A stretch of DNA of 64,000 bases. It comes from Leptospiraceae bacterium. Lineage in GTDB: Bacteria > Spirochaetota > Leptospiria > Leptospirales > Leptonemataceae. The DNA lies in the NCBI GenBank assembly GCA_040217195.1, contig JAVJNR010000005.1, positions 192,001 to 256,000 on the forward strand. Direction: 5' to 3'. The notes under the pieces were generated by a model. The model did no database searches and had not been told where the DNA came from. It worked only from the letters and a program-made list of their open reading frames with translations. Shown here in pieces: positions 49,589-58,668 of this stretch. The position numbers were made by a program, and so were the translations under genes. Within the stretch, counting starts at the first letter, position 1. Each line of letters starts with the position of its first letter.

Positions 49589-49837
49589 CCGGGCTTTGAG
49601 GCGAACCCGGCGCGGGACGGTCAAGGGCGCCAAAACAACCGATTCGGGCTTTAAGGCGAACCTCGCGGCGGACGGCCCGGTGCGCATAAACGACCGATCC
49701 GAGCTCTTAGGCGAACCCGGTGCGGGACGGTCCGGGGCGCGTAAACAACCGATTCGGGCTTTAAGGCGAACCCTGCGCTGGACGGTCCGGGGCGCGTAAA
49801 CAACCGATCCGAGCTCTTAGGCGAACCCGGCGCGGGA
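49589..49837. repeat. Intergenic 55-bp tandem repeat, 4.5 copies, with 110-bp higher-order period
   Basis: Units start at 49589, 49644, 49699, 49754 and 49809; invariant blocks AGGCGAACC, GGACGG, GCGC, AAAC, ACCGAT. Confidence 0.95.
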
Positions 49838-49937
49838 TAGGTAAGATAATGACAGTCCTCGCATTCTCCGCCCATCGCTAATGGATTGACGGGACCACCC
49901 ATGTGAAGTCCCAAAATCCGACCCTCTTTCGGAAAGG

Positions 49938-50609
49938 CTACTGCTCTACGCAAATGATGTGCGTCGCAACGCCGGTGCAGCCGGAAGTGGCCCAATTTAT
50001 CATGGTGGAAGTATTCTCTGAGAAATTGCCTGTGCCATAGGATCCCGATGTGAGGGTGAAGTTCCCGCAATCGTTGGTACTACTGGTCCAGTCTGCTTCC
50101 AGCGCAGTCAGAGTAATACTAAATGTTCCGCCATTGTACTCTGCTACACCGGTGGAGACGGGGAATGTAAAAATACCATTCGAATTGGTAGTACCTATTA
50201 CAGTGCTACCGTCCTTTCTGCGGTACTCCTTATCTGGTTTGAGAACCCAGTCCGTATGCTCCGATGTGCCGCCGCTGCAGTTCGCAGTCGTGCATGCAAT
50301 TCGGTTGGTTCCGTCTACCACCATGGCCTTGTAGGTTCCTCCGGATGGCTTATTGCTATCATTGGCGCAGGAATTGTCAAGGCCTGAGATTCCGCCGTCA
50401 CTATCTGCATTATTTGCAACAAACATCTTACAGGGGCCGGTGGTGGAACATGGTGGTGAGCTTGAGGACTGCGTTGCAAGTAAGACTGCAAGAATCAGCC
50501 CGGTCCGGTCGTCGTCTTCACTACAGCCAGAGGCCACCAGACTAATAAGAGAACAGATGAGCATTTTTGTCACAATTAGTTTCGATCTTCCCGGATAGTT
50601 CCAGCGCAT
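49938..50609 (-). CDS. DUF1554 (Leptospira endostatin-like, Len-type) lipoprotein
   Basis: SGC lipobox; YKAMVVDGTNRIACTTANC...DWVLKP..EY.R.DG...IGTTNSNGIF; terminal IICVEQ. Confidence 0.9.
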   Translation of the reverse strand: MRWNYPGRSKLIVTKMLICSLISLVASGCSEDDDRTGLILAVLLATQSSSSPPCSTTGPCKMFVANNADSDGGISGLDNSCANDSNKPSGGTYKAMVVDGTNRIACTTANCSGGTSEHTDWVLKPDKEYRRKDGSTVIGTTNSNGIFTFPVSTGVAEYNGGTFSITLTALEADWTSSTNDCGNFTLTSGSYGTGNFSENTSTMINWATSGCTGVATHIICVEQ

Positions 50610-50626
50610 AGTAAATATCCCCCGAA

Positions 50627-50658
50627 CAGATACTTAGCCTGATTCAATAGTCTGTCAA
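50627..50658 (-). promoter_or_regulatory. Putative sigma70 promoter of the DUF1554 gene
   Basis: Minus strand TTGACA, then 16-17 bp, then TAAGTAT; SD GGGGGA follows. Confidence 0.5.
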
Positions 50659-50815
50659 TTTAAAACCTCATAGATGTATTATGGTACACCAGGGGGTTTT
50701 CTATAATTGAGGCAACGGAAGGTTTGATTTCAAATAAAGTTCTTCATTTCCCAGCCCTCCGAAAATGTATGGACGGGTCACTTTAGAACCTCTCCCCTGA
50801 GGAAGATCCATTCGG

Positions 50816-51769
50816 ATGCGTTTCCGGATGGCAAGCCGGAATAAAACTTTGGAACAGCTCAGGGAAATCACATCGCTCTTGCAGCAGATATTTGGACTTA
50901 CAGAAGAAACTCAGGCCCGACTGTTTCTATCTCTGGCCGTAATTCTGGTAATCGAAACCATACGGCGGCTGGTCTTACGAGTAGCTCTCCGGAGAAGAAG
51001 TTCGCCGGAATATACCTATCGCTGGACCCGGGTTTCGCGCTACGTAGCCCTGGCGTTGACTTTTCTCATAGTGGGTCGCGTTTGGTTTCAGGGCTTCCAG
51101 GCCATCATTACCTATCTGGGCATTCTTTCGGCAGGGCTTGCCATTGCGTTGCAGGATGTACTAAAAAACTTCGCTGCCTGGTTATTCATAATCTGGCGTC
51201 GTCCGTTCCGGCTCGGTGATCGGGTACAGGTAGGAACGGAGATCGGCGATGTAATCGACCAGCGAATCTTTCAGTTTACACTCTTAGAAATAGGCAACTG
51301 GGTCCATGCGGAGCAGAGCACTGGCCGATTGATTCATGTGCCCAACGGACGAATATTTACGGAGTCCCTGCATAACTTCTATCAGGCATTCAAATATATC
51401 TGGAGTGAAATCGCCGTTCTGGTTACTTTCGAAAGCAACTGGCGAAAAGGAAAGAAGCTAATCCAGGAGGCTGGTGAAAGACACAGCACTCACATTACAG
51501 AAGCAGCTGAGCGTGATATCCGCAGCGCAGCGCAGAAATACATGATTTATTATAACCATCTAACTCCTATCGTCTACACATCCGTAGAAGATTCAGGCAT
51601 ATTATTGACGTTGCGTTATCTTTGTGAAGCACGAAAACGGCGCGGCACCGATCAGGCAATGTGGGAAGATATCCTTGATGGTTTTGCAGCCAGCGAAGAT
51701 CTGGACTTTGCCTACCCCACCACCCGGTTCTACAACAAGAATGAGGGAAAGACCGGCGACAACCCCTGA
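50816..51769 (+). CDS. mscS: Small-conductance mechanosensitive channel family protein
   Basis: GLAIALQD...N, RPFRLGDRVQVG..GDV, HVPNG. Confidence 0.9.
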   Translation: MRFRMASRNKTLEQLREITSLLQQIFGLTEETQARLFLSLAVILVIETIRRLVLRVALRRRSSPEYTYRWTRVSRYVALALTFLIVGRVWFQGFQAIITYLGILSAGLAIALQDVLKNFAAWLFIIWRRPFRLGDRVQVGTEIGDVIDQRIFQFTLLEIGNWVHAEQSTGRLIHVPNGRIFTESLHNFYQAFKYIWSEIAVLVTFESNWRKGKKLIQEAGERHSTHITEAAERDIRSAAQKYMIYYNHLTPIVYTSVEDSGILLTLRYLCEARKRRGTDQAMWEDILDGFAASEDLDFAYPTTRFYNKNEGKTGDNP

Positions 51770-51830
51770 TTACATCTTAGTCGAAGCCGATCAGAGGATG
51801 GCCCACCCAGCCCATCCGGAGCCCATACCA

Positions 51831-53822
51831 TTAATCCTGAACCACTGTTATCTTCTCTTGAGGAAACACTTTGCGAAGATCTTCCACCCGGTGATGTCCG
51901 GGACGCAGCATTTCCAGCTCATCGAAAAGCTGCCTTGCTTCCTGTCTTCTTCCCTGCTTCAGGAAAATCCGAATTATGTTGTAAAGAGCTTGCGGGTTGT
52001 CTTTTCGAATATTAAGGGATCGATTGAAGTTTTCCAGAGCCAGAGGATGATTGCCCAGGCCATAGTAGCAAAAACCTGTAATGATATAAGCATCTGCATT
52101 GTAAGGCTTGAGTTGAATGTATTCATCTAAATATTCGAGCGCTTCGCCGTAGGCACCTTTTTTTCCCAGGGCTCGGCCCAGCAGAAACAGTGTATGCGTA
52201 TGCCTGGGAAAAATTGCATTGGCCTGTTTTAGCAGAGTGGTGGCTTTTTCCAGATTTCCTTCATGGAAGGCTTTATGACCGTCTCTTACATAGCGATCAA
52301 ACTGATCCTGATACTCACTTACCATCAGAGTAATAAAGGTAAGATCATCATTTGGCTCGGTTCCCAGCGTAAACTGTCGATACGCCTCCATTAAATACTC
52401 AGAGCTTTGCTGAACGTTTCTGTTTCTAGTTTCTCGAATGGCACGGACCAGGCGTTCTTCGCCAAACATTTCATCATGCGGATTAACGGCTTCGGTCAGA
52501 CCATCGCTGTATATGAATAACTTATCGCCTGGCTCCAGCTTAATCGTATAATCCTTGTAATGCTTTCCTGCATCGCTGAACATTCCAAGTAGAGTGCCAT
52601 GACCTTCCAGTTGCTCCACTGTATTCGTGCGAGCGCGATACAGCATGGGTGGAGGCACGGCAGCCGTGCTATATGTGAGGTTGTTGTTCTCATCCAAAAC
52701 CATCAAAAAGGCTGTTAGATACCCTTCTCCCTTCACCAGATCCAGAACGTCCAGGTTTACCTGACGAAATGTATCTGCCGGAGAATCGTATCGATGATTG
52801 GCAAAGGAAATCTTGGCAATAGCACTCATTAATGCAGCCGGAACTCCATGCCCGGACACATCACACATCAGCAACCCAAACTTGGATCCACCCACCGGAA
52901 AATAATCATAGAAATCGCCGGACACTTCCTGAAGCGGAAAGAATTTTACCCAGAACCTGACGCCTTTCCAGTCCGGAATTCTGGAAGGCACAAATCCTTT
53001 TTGAATATTTCGCGCCATTTCCAGCTGCCTGTGATTGGCTTCGATTTTCTTTTCCAGCTCATCGTTGGCAATATTCAAATACTCGATGGCCGTCATCAGC
53101 TCCCGGCTTTCCTGTAGAATGTCCTGGGACCTTTTTAATACCCGCGATACAAACTTTTCTGTGTTTTCCTCAATCTGGCTTTCTTCTTCATCCGGGAACG
53201 GATGCTGACTGTTGCCTGCACGAAAATCATAAACCGTAATTGGCTCATTCCATTGTATTCCGTCGGTTTTCTTCAGGTGAGGATCTGGTGCCGGCAGACT
53301 TGACTGGACCAATTCGATGCTGTATTCCCGCAGACGAAGAAAGCGGACCATACCTTCCACCAGTCCTTCTATGAATAGATTATCCACAGGATGGGGACTG
53401 TGCCCGGATCTATATTCAAGACACAGTTGAAAGTGCTCGGACTCATCGCTGCGGCCCAGAAAGGAGGACAGTGAAGTTAAAAAGTGAGCTATCAATGAAG
53501 GGATCTGATAGATTCCATCTTCAATGGAAGCAAATCTCAGCCTTGATGAAGAAAGAGAATAGAGATAAATAGAAACGCAGTCCCGGCCGGCTTCCCAGAT
53601 CAAATCCCAGGCATCCAGAGAATCGGCCAGGTGCACTAAAATGGCTCGTTCCTCTTCCGACCGAAGCCACAATCGATCATGGCGCTCATCCAGAACCTTT
53701 TTTAAATCCTCTGAGAGGTTTACTACCTGACGGTCCAGGGCTGGGCTGCCCCGATTCTCCAGGATTCGATCTATAAATAGGATGAGTCTGGCCGATCGAA
53801 CGTCCTGGTCCCGGATATTCAT
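51831..53822 (-). CDS. SpoIIE/RsbU-type PP2C phosphatase with N-terminal putative sensor domain and C-terminal TPRs
   Basis: MARNIQKG, VSGDFYD, DVSGHGVPAAL, YSDGLTEA, DDLT; TPRs in the last ~150 aa. Confidence 0.9.
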   Translation of the reverse strand: MNIRDQDVRSARLILFIDRILENRGSPALDRQVVNLSEDLKKVLDERHDRLWLRSEEERAILVHLADSLDAWDLIWEAGRDCVSIYLYSLSSSRLRFASIEDGIYQIPSLIAHFLTSLSSFLGRSDESEHFQLCLEYRSGHSPHPVDNLFIEGLVEGMVRFLRLREYSIELVQSSLPAPDPHLKKTDGIQWNEPITVYDFRAGNSQHPFPDEEESQIEENTEKFVSRVLKRSQDILQESRELMTAIEYLNIANDELEKKIEANHRQLEMARNIQKGFVPSRIPDWKGVRFWVKFFPLQEVSGDFYDYFPVGGSKFGLLMCDVSGHGVPAALMSAIAKISFANHRYDSPADTFRQVNLDVLDLVKGEGYLTAFLMVLDENNNLTYSTAAVPPPMLYRARTNTVEQLEGHGTLLGMFSDAGKHYKDYTIKLEPGDKLFIYSDGLTEAVNPHDEMFGEERLVRAIRETRNRNVQQSSEYLMEAYRQFTLGTEPNDDLTFITLMVSEYQDQFDRYVRDGHKAFHEGNLEKATTLLKQANAIFPRHTHTLFLLGRALGKKGAYGEALEYLDEYIQLKPYNADAYIITGFCYYGLGNHPLALENFNRSLNIRKDNPQALYNIIRIFLKQGRRQEARQLFDELEMLRPGHHRVEDLRKVFPQEKITVVQD

Positions 53823-54021
53823 GGCTCATTCTTAATTCACGGCTCTGACCTTGCCAGAATAAATTAAGATGCCAGGGGTAAGGATTAACAGGTAAAGTCC
53901 CAATTTTCATCCAATTGACATTAGACAATCCAGGGCCGCTGAAACAATGGGTTCCGACAATCCGATAATCGGGTTTGCATTCGGACTTGGCTGCAGGGCC
54001 TGGAACCTTTACATTGAGACA

Positions 54022-54741
54022 ATGACAACCCTGGAAAGAGAAAAAGTTGTACTTGTGACCGGGGCTACCCGGGGCATCGGTCATGCAATCGCGGAGAACC
54101 TGGCCGGTTCCTATCCGCTCATTATTACGGGACGATCTGCAGATAACCTGAATGCATTGAAAAAGAAATTAAACGATGCAGGCGGCAAAGTGGAAGCCCT
54201 GCCGGCGGATTTAACCTCCCCGGAGGATAGAAAATCCCTTGTAGAAGGTGCCATTCGCTTGATGGGCCGAATCGATTGCCTGATTAACAATGCTGGCATG
54301 GGAATCTTTGGTCGGGCCGATGAGATCAAGGAAGAGGATTTTAGATATGTAATGGAACTGAATCTTCTGGCCCCTTACCTTTTGACCCAGGCAGTGTTAC
54401 CCGACATGGTAGCGCGAAAGAGTGGACAGATTATTAACATTAGCTCCGTTGCAGGTTTGAATGGCTTCAAAGGTGGAGGTGCATATGCAGCTTCCAAATT
54501 TGCATTGAATGGATTCACAGAATCTTTGCGTGAAGATGTTAAAGAGTTCGGTATTGCAGTAACAGCCGTCTGCCCGGGCGGAGTACGCACGGAGTTTGGC
54601 GGCAATCCGGCATCGGTCAGGGATTTTGTCCTGGAACCGGAAGATGTAGCCCATACCATTCGCTACCTTGTGGATGAGTCTGAAACAGCAAACACAAAGC
54701 TCATCGAATTAAAGCCTCGCCGACGAACCGAGTACAGGTAA
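54022..54741 (+). CDS. Short-chain dehydrogenase/reductase
   Basis: TGATRGIG, NNAG, YAASK. Confidence 0.93.
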   Translation: MTTLEREKVVLVTGATRGIGHAIAENLAGSYPLIITGRSADNLNALKKKLNDAGGKVEALPADLTSPEDRKSLVEGAIRLMGRIDCLINNAGMGIFGRADEIKEEDFRYVMELNLLAPYLLTQAVLPDMVARKSGQIINISSVAGLNGFKGGGAYAASKFALNGFTESLREDVKEFGIAVTAVCPGGVRTEFGGNPASVRDFVLEPEDVAHTIRYLVDESETANTKLIELKPRRRTEYR

Positions 54742-54794
54742 TCGCATATGAAAAAAACCTTGTATATGAATCCGTACCTGCGCTGCTTTGCCCC

Positions 54795-55586
54795 ATGAAT
54801 TTGAACGGCAAAACAGCGTGGATTACCGGGGCTTCTTCCGGCATAGGTGAAGCTACGGCACGGGCTCTGTTCCAGGCCGGAGCCAGTGTAATTCTATCCG
54901 CCCGATCTGCGAACAAACTGGAATCCCTGCAGAAGGAGCTGGATCCAGAGCGAAAGCGGAGTCTGGTGGTGCCTCTGGATCTTGCCGATTACAATAATCT
55001 CGACTCTGCGGTGTCCACTGTCCAGAAACAGTACGGCAAGGTAGACTACCTGGTTAATAATGGCGGTATCTCCCAGCGGTCCCTGGCAAGAGATGCCAGC
55101 CTATCCAGTGTTGAACAGATTTTTAAAGTCAACGCTCTGGGAACGATAGCACTGACTACTGCAGCATTTTCCATGATCCAGCCATCCGGTCGTATCATCA
55201 CAGTTACTTCAGTTACAGGTCGATTTGGCACTCCGTTAAGATCCAGTTATTCGGCCACCAAGCATGCATTGCATGGTTATTTCGATTCCATGCGAGCCGA
55301 ACAAAAAGCCACCGGACCCGGCGTATCCTTGATTGTTCCTGGATTTGTGAATACCAGCGTTTCCATCAATGCATTAACATCGGATGGAAGTGCTCAGGGA
55401 ACCATGGATCCATCTACGGGTTCCGGACTGCCTCCCGAGGCTGTAGCCAGGGCCATCCTGAAGGCTATTCGAAAAGGAAAGGATGAAATTGTAATCGCCG
55501 GTGGAAAGGAACGATTTGGATTAATGCTCAAGCGTTTTGCGCCTGGACTTTTAAATAGGATCCTGGCCAAATCCGCGGTCACCTGA
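54795..55586 (+). CDS. Short-chain dehydrogenase/reductase (DHRS7-like)
   Basis: WITGASSGIG, NNGGISQRS, YSATK. Confidence 0.93.
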   Translation: MNLNGKTAWITGASSGIGEATARALFQAGASVILSARSANKLESLQKELDPERKRSLVVPLDLADYNNLDSAVSTVQKQYGKVDYLVNNGGISQRSLARDASLSSVEQIFKVNALGTIALTTAAFSMIQPSGRIITVTSVTGRFGTPLRSSYSATKHALHGYFDSMRAEQKATGPGVSLIVPGFVNTSVSINALTSDGSAQGTMDPSTGSGLPPEAVARAILKAIRKGKDEIVIAGGKERFGLMLKRFAPGLLNRILAKSAVT

Positions 55587-55632
55587 AACAGTATATGGTT
55601 GCCCCGGCCGGCCAGCCCTTAATCCTGTCCCG

Positions 55633-56781
55633 ATGGTCATAGGAATAGATGCTCGGGCCCTTGCATTTCCCGGCACCGGCAATGCTCGTTACCTTCATCA
55701 AGTTCTTCGATATCTGATTCCCATGCGAAAGAAGGATACATTTGTATTCTTCAGCCACAGAGACATTCATCCTGAATATTCCCATTTGCTGGACTACGGG
55801 AATACCCGTCTGGATCCCAATCGATCCAGGCTTCCAGGTCTGCTCTGGATGCAATTCAAGGTTCCATCATTGATACAGACCCATTCTGTAGATGTTTTCT
55901 GGGGTACAATTACTCTACTTCCTTTAAAAAAGACCTGCACCCAAATTGTGAACTTCCACGATCTGAACTCCTTTGTTGCCAGAGATACTATGGAAGGCTG
56001 GACCGGTCTACAGCACAGGCTGCTCAATCCAATGGTGATTCGCCAGGCAGATCAGGTGCTGTGCCTTTCCCGAACCACTCGCGAACATATAAGACGATAT
56101 GTTCCTTCGGTGGACCCAAAGTCCCTGACTGTAGTCTATCCAGGATTTGAAATGCCCGACGTCAAAGCCAGGCGACCGGAAAGCTATCAGTCCAGATGGA
56201 AAGATTTCTTTCTGATGGTTGGAACCATCGAACCAAGAAAGAACCAGAAAGTTGTGGTGGATGCCTATCGTCATGCCCGAGCCAAGCAGCAGGCAAGTCT
56301 GACTGGAAGCCAGCGCGGGAAGAAGGCAAACCAACTGCCTCCTCTTCTTATCGTTGGTCGCAAAGGCTGGAAAAATGAAGAGTTTTACTCATTGCTCAAG
56401 TCGGGCCAGTTGGAGCAGGAAGGTATTTATTTTCTGGAAGGTGCCAGCGAAGAAGAACTGGCCTGGTGTTATAAAAATTCATCCTATCTACTTTTCCCCA
56501 GCAAGCATGAAGGATTTGGGCTTCCAATTCTGGAAGCTTTCGCCTATGGGAAAAACTGTTTGCTTTCCGACATTGAGGTATTTCGAGAGATCGGACAGGG
56601 CTGCCGATTCGCACCACCTACGGACTACCTGGAGTGGGCCCGTCAAATTCTAGAAATAGCGGATGCAAGGGTTCGACAAAGAGAAAAGCCCCGTAAACTA
56701 AATATGAAGGATTGGTCCTGGAAACGAGCCGCAAAACAGGTATCCGATGCCCTGGATACAACTTCTGATGTAAAGAATTGA
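55633..56781 (+). CDS. Glycosyltransferase family 4 (MtfB/WbaZ-like)
   Basis: IGIDAR, FHDL, VGTIEPRKN, EGFGLPILEA. Confidence 0.92.
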   Translation: MVIGIDARALAFPGTGNARYLHQVLRYLIPMRKKDTFVFFSHRDIHPEYSHLLDYGNTRLDPNRSRLPGLLWMQFKVPSLIQTHSVDVFWGTITLLPLKKTCTQIVNFHDLNSFVARDTMEGWTGLQHRLLNPMVIRQADQVLCLSRTTREHIRRYVPSVDPKSLTVVYPGFEMPDVKARRPESYQSRWKDFFLMVGTIEPRKNQKVVVDAYRHARAKQQASLTGSQRGKKANQLPPLLIVGRKGWKNEEFYSLLKSGQLEQEGIYFLEGASEEELAWCYKNSSYLLFPSKHEGFGLPILEAFAYGKNCLLSDIEVFREIGQGCRFAPPTDYLEWARQILEIADARVRQREKPRKLNMKDWSWKRAAKQVSDALDTTSDVKN

Positions 56782-56811
56782 CCGGCCCCGGACCGAACTT
56801 ACATTGCTTGG

Positions 56812-58668
56812 ATGGGCCGATTTTTTCCTTTCCAGGCAATTCTATTTCTGAGCTTATTCTCCTACCTACCGCTACAGGCCGAGTCTCCAAATCCGGCTAC
56901 CGTGGAACCACCTGGATCGTCTGGCGAAGAAATTACTGCCCCCGCTGAAACCCCGGCTCGGGAAAGCGTTGAGCCGACAGCTCCTGCAAGGGAACCGGCG
57001 CCCGCGGTAAACCCGGCCAGACCGGCTCAACCGACGCAGGAGGCATCCGAGGAGACGTCCAATGAAAACCAGACGCCAACCGCTGAATCGATAAGAGGAC
57101 CTGAAGCGCTGCTGGCCTACGTAAAAAGCGAAGACTTTCGCAGGGTTATGGAGGCTATTGGCTGGTCTGTTCTGCTGGTACTTACACTTCTGATTTCAAT
57201 CTGGCTGATCACTTATATTTTTCAGATGATTTACAGTCGATTGGAAGGACTGGCCGGCCGCCTGGCCACGGGAATTCGATTTCGTAATTCCGAAATAGTG
57301 CAAGCAAGTACGGTACAGGGCGTTCTTCGCGGCATATTGCGGCTTATACATCTTGTTCTTAATATATTTCTGATCATTCTGGTAGCGGACTTCATTATCG
57401 GTCTATTTCCCGGAGCGGAAAACTCCGCAACGGCCAGCCTGATTCGCAGCATTATTCGCGCATCGATCGCCACCATGGTCTTTGTGACCATCTTTCGTGC
57501 CGTCCGTCACGGATTTGACTTTCTGGAGCGATCCCTTCCGGTGTTGCAGTCTCGATTTATTCCCAATCTGGAATTTCAAAATACGGTTCTGCTTTCCAGA
57601 GACCGTATCATGGGAGCGCTGCAAATTGCAGTTCAGATCATTAAGGTTCTGACTCTGGTTGTTGTTTCCTATTTCTACCTGGCCAGTGTATTCGGACTTT
57701 TTGATGCCACAAGCAATTGGGCCTCTTTGCTCCTTGGATATGTGAAAGTACCCTTGATCGCCTCCGGCCTGGCCGTGGCACAGTATCTGCCCAATCTGTT
57801 CTTTATCATCCTTGTGATACTAATAACCCGCTACTCGGTGAAGATAGCCGGATTTCTATTTCGGGAAGTAGAGAAAGAAACGATCAAGATAAATGGCTTC
57901 TATCCAGACTGGGCCCGGCCCACGCATAAGATCTTAACTGTGGTCTTGATAGCTTTCGCTGCCATAGTAGCCTTTCCTTACCTGCCCGGAGCGAACTCAG
58001 ATGCATTCAAAGGAATCTCCATTTTTCTTGGATTCATGGTTTCTCTGGGTTCCAGCGCCATAATTGCCAATATTATGGCTGGAATCATCATAACCTATAT
58101 GCGTCCCTTTCGTGTAGGCGACCGGGTAAAGATTGGAGAAACGGAAGGAGATATAACTGAAAAAACCCTTCTGGTCACTAGAATTCGCACAGTTAAAAAC
58201 GTAGAGATCACAATCCCCAACGGTGCGGTTCTGGCCAGCCACATTGTAAATTACAGCAGCACAATTGAAAGAAAGGATACAGATGGATTAATACTCCACT
58301 CCACTGTTACCATAGGTTACGATGTTCCCTACCAGAAGGTTCAGGATTTATTGATTCGGGCAGCTGGCTCTGTTCCGGGAGTCAAAGAAAGCCCTGCCCC
58401 TTTTGTACTTCAGACGTCTCTGGATGATTATTATATTAGCTACCAGGTAAATTGCTACACCGATGAGCCGCATCAAATGGCTCGAATCTATTCCAGTTTG
58501 CATCAGAGTATTCTTGAAGAATTTGGAAAATCTGGCGTGGAAATCATGTCTCCTCATTATTACGCTTTGAGAGACGGAAATGAAGTGACCATTCCGCCGG
58601 ACCAACGACCACCAACTTACCGACCACCATCGTTTCGCATTGATACAAATAAGGAGGATCCTTCCTGA
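56812..58668 (+). CDS. mscS: MscS-family mechanosensitive channel with signal peptide and Pro/Ala-rich linker
   Basis: ANIMAGIIITYMRPFRVGDRVKIG, TIPN, VTIGYDVP, GVEIMSPHY. Confidence 0.9.
   Translation: MGRFFPFQAILFLSLFSYLPLQAESPNPATVEPPGSSGEEITAPAETPARESVEPTAPAREPAPAVNPARPAQPTQEASEETSNENQTPTAESIRGPEALLAYVKSEDFRRVMEAIGWSVLLVLTLLISIWLITYIFQMIYSRLEGLAGRLATGIRFRNSEIVQASTVQGVLRGILRLIHLVLNIFLIILVADFIIGLFPGAENSATASLIRSIIRASIATMVFVTIFRAVRHGFDFLERSLPVLQSRFIPNLEFQNTVLLSRDRIMGALQIAVQIIKVLTLVVVSYFYLASVFGLFDATSNWASLLLGYVKVPLIASGLAVAQYLPNLFFIILVILITRYSVKIAGFLFREVEKETIKINGFYPDWARPTHKILTVVLIAFAAIVAFPYLPGANSDAFKGISIFLGFMVSLGSSAIIANIMAGIIITYMRPFRVGDRVKIGETEGDITEKTLLVTRIRTVKNVEITIPNGAVLASHIVNYSSTIERKDTDGLILHSTVTIGYDVPYQKVQDLLIRAAGSVPGVKESPAPFVLQTSLDDYYISYQVNCYTDEPHQMARIYSSLHQSILEEFGKSGVEIMSPHYYALRDGNEVTIPPDQRPPTYRPPSFRIDTNKEDPS

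Noticed and set aside
49679..49689. GGTGCGCATAA, identical to the E. coli dif XerC arm
   Set aside because: There is no XerD arm 6 bp away and the other units differ, so it is likely chance.
49693..49733. Hammerhead-ribozyme-like layout (CCGAUCCGA-GC..GC-GAA-CC..GG-AC) in the repeat unit
   Set aside because: It departs from the CUGANGA / GAAA / UH core at several essential positions and the stems are very short. It is kept only as a test under the array finding.
49589..49837. CRISPR array interpretation of the 55-bp repeats
   Set aside because: The whole unit repeats; the variable segments are only 6-7 nt and recur; there are no cas genes or leader.
49536..50070. ORFs 49536..49799 (+) and 49651..50070 (-) across the repeat array
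   Set aside because: The 55-bp period shifts frame with each unit; no SD or recognisable domain; the second ORF overlaps the DUF1554 gene.
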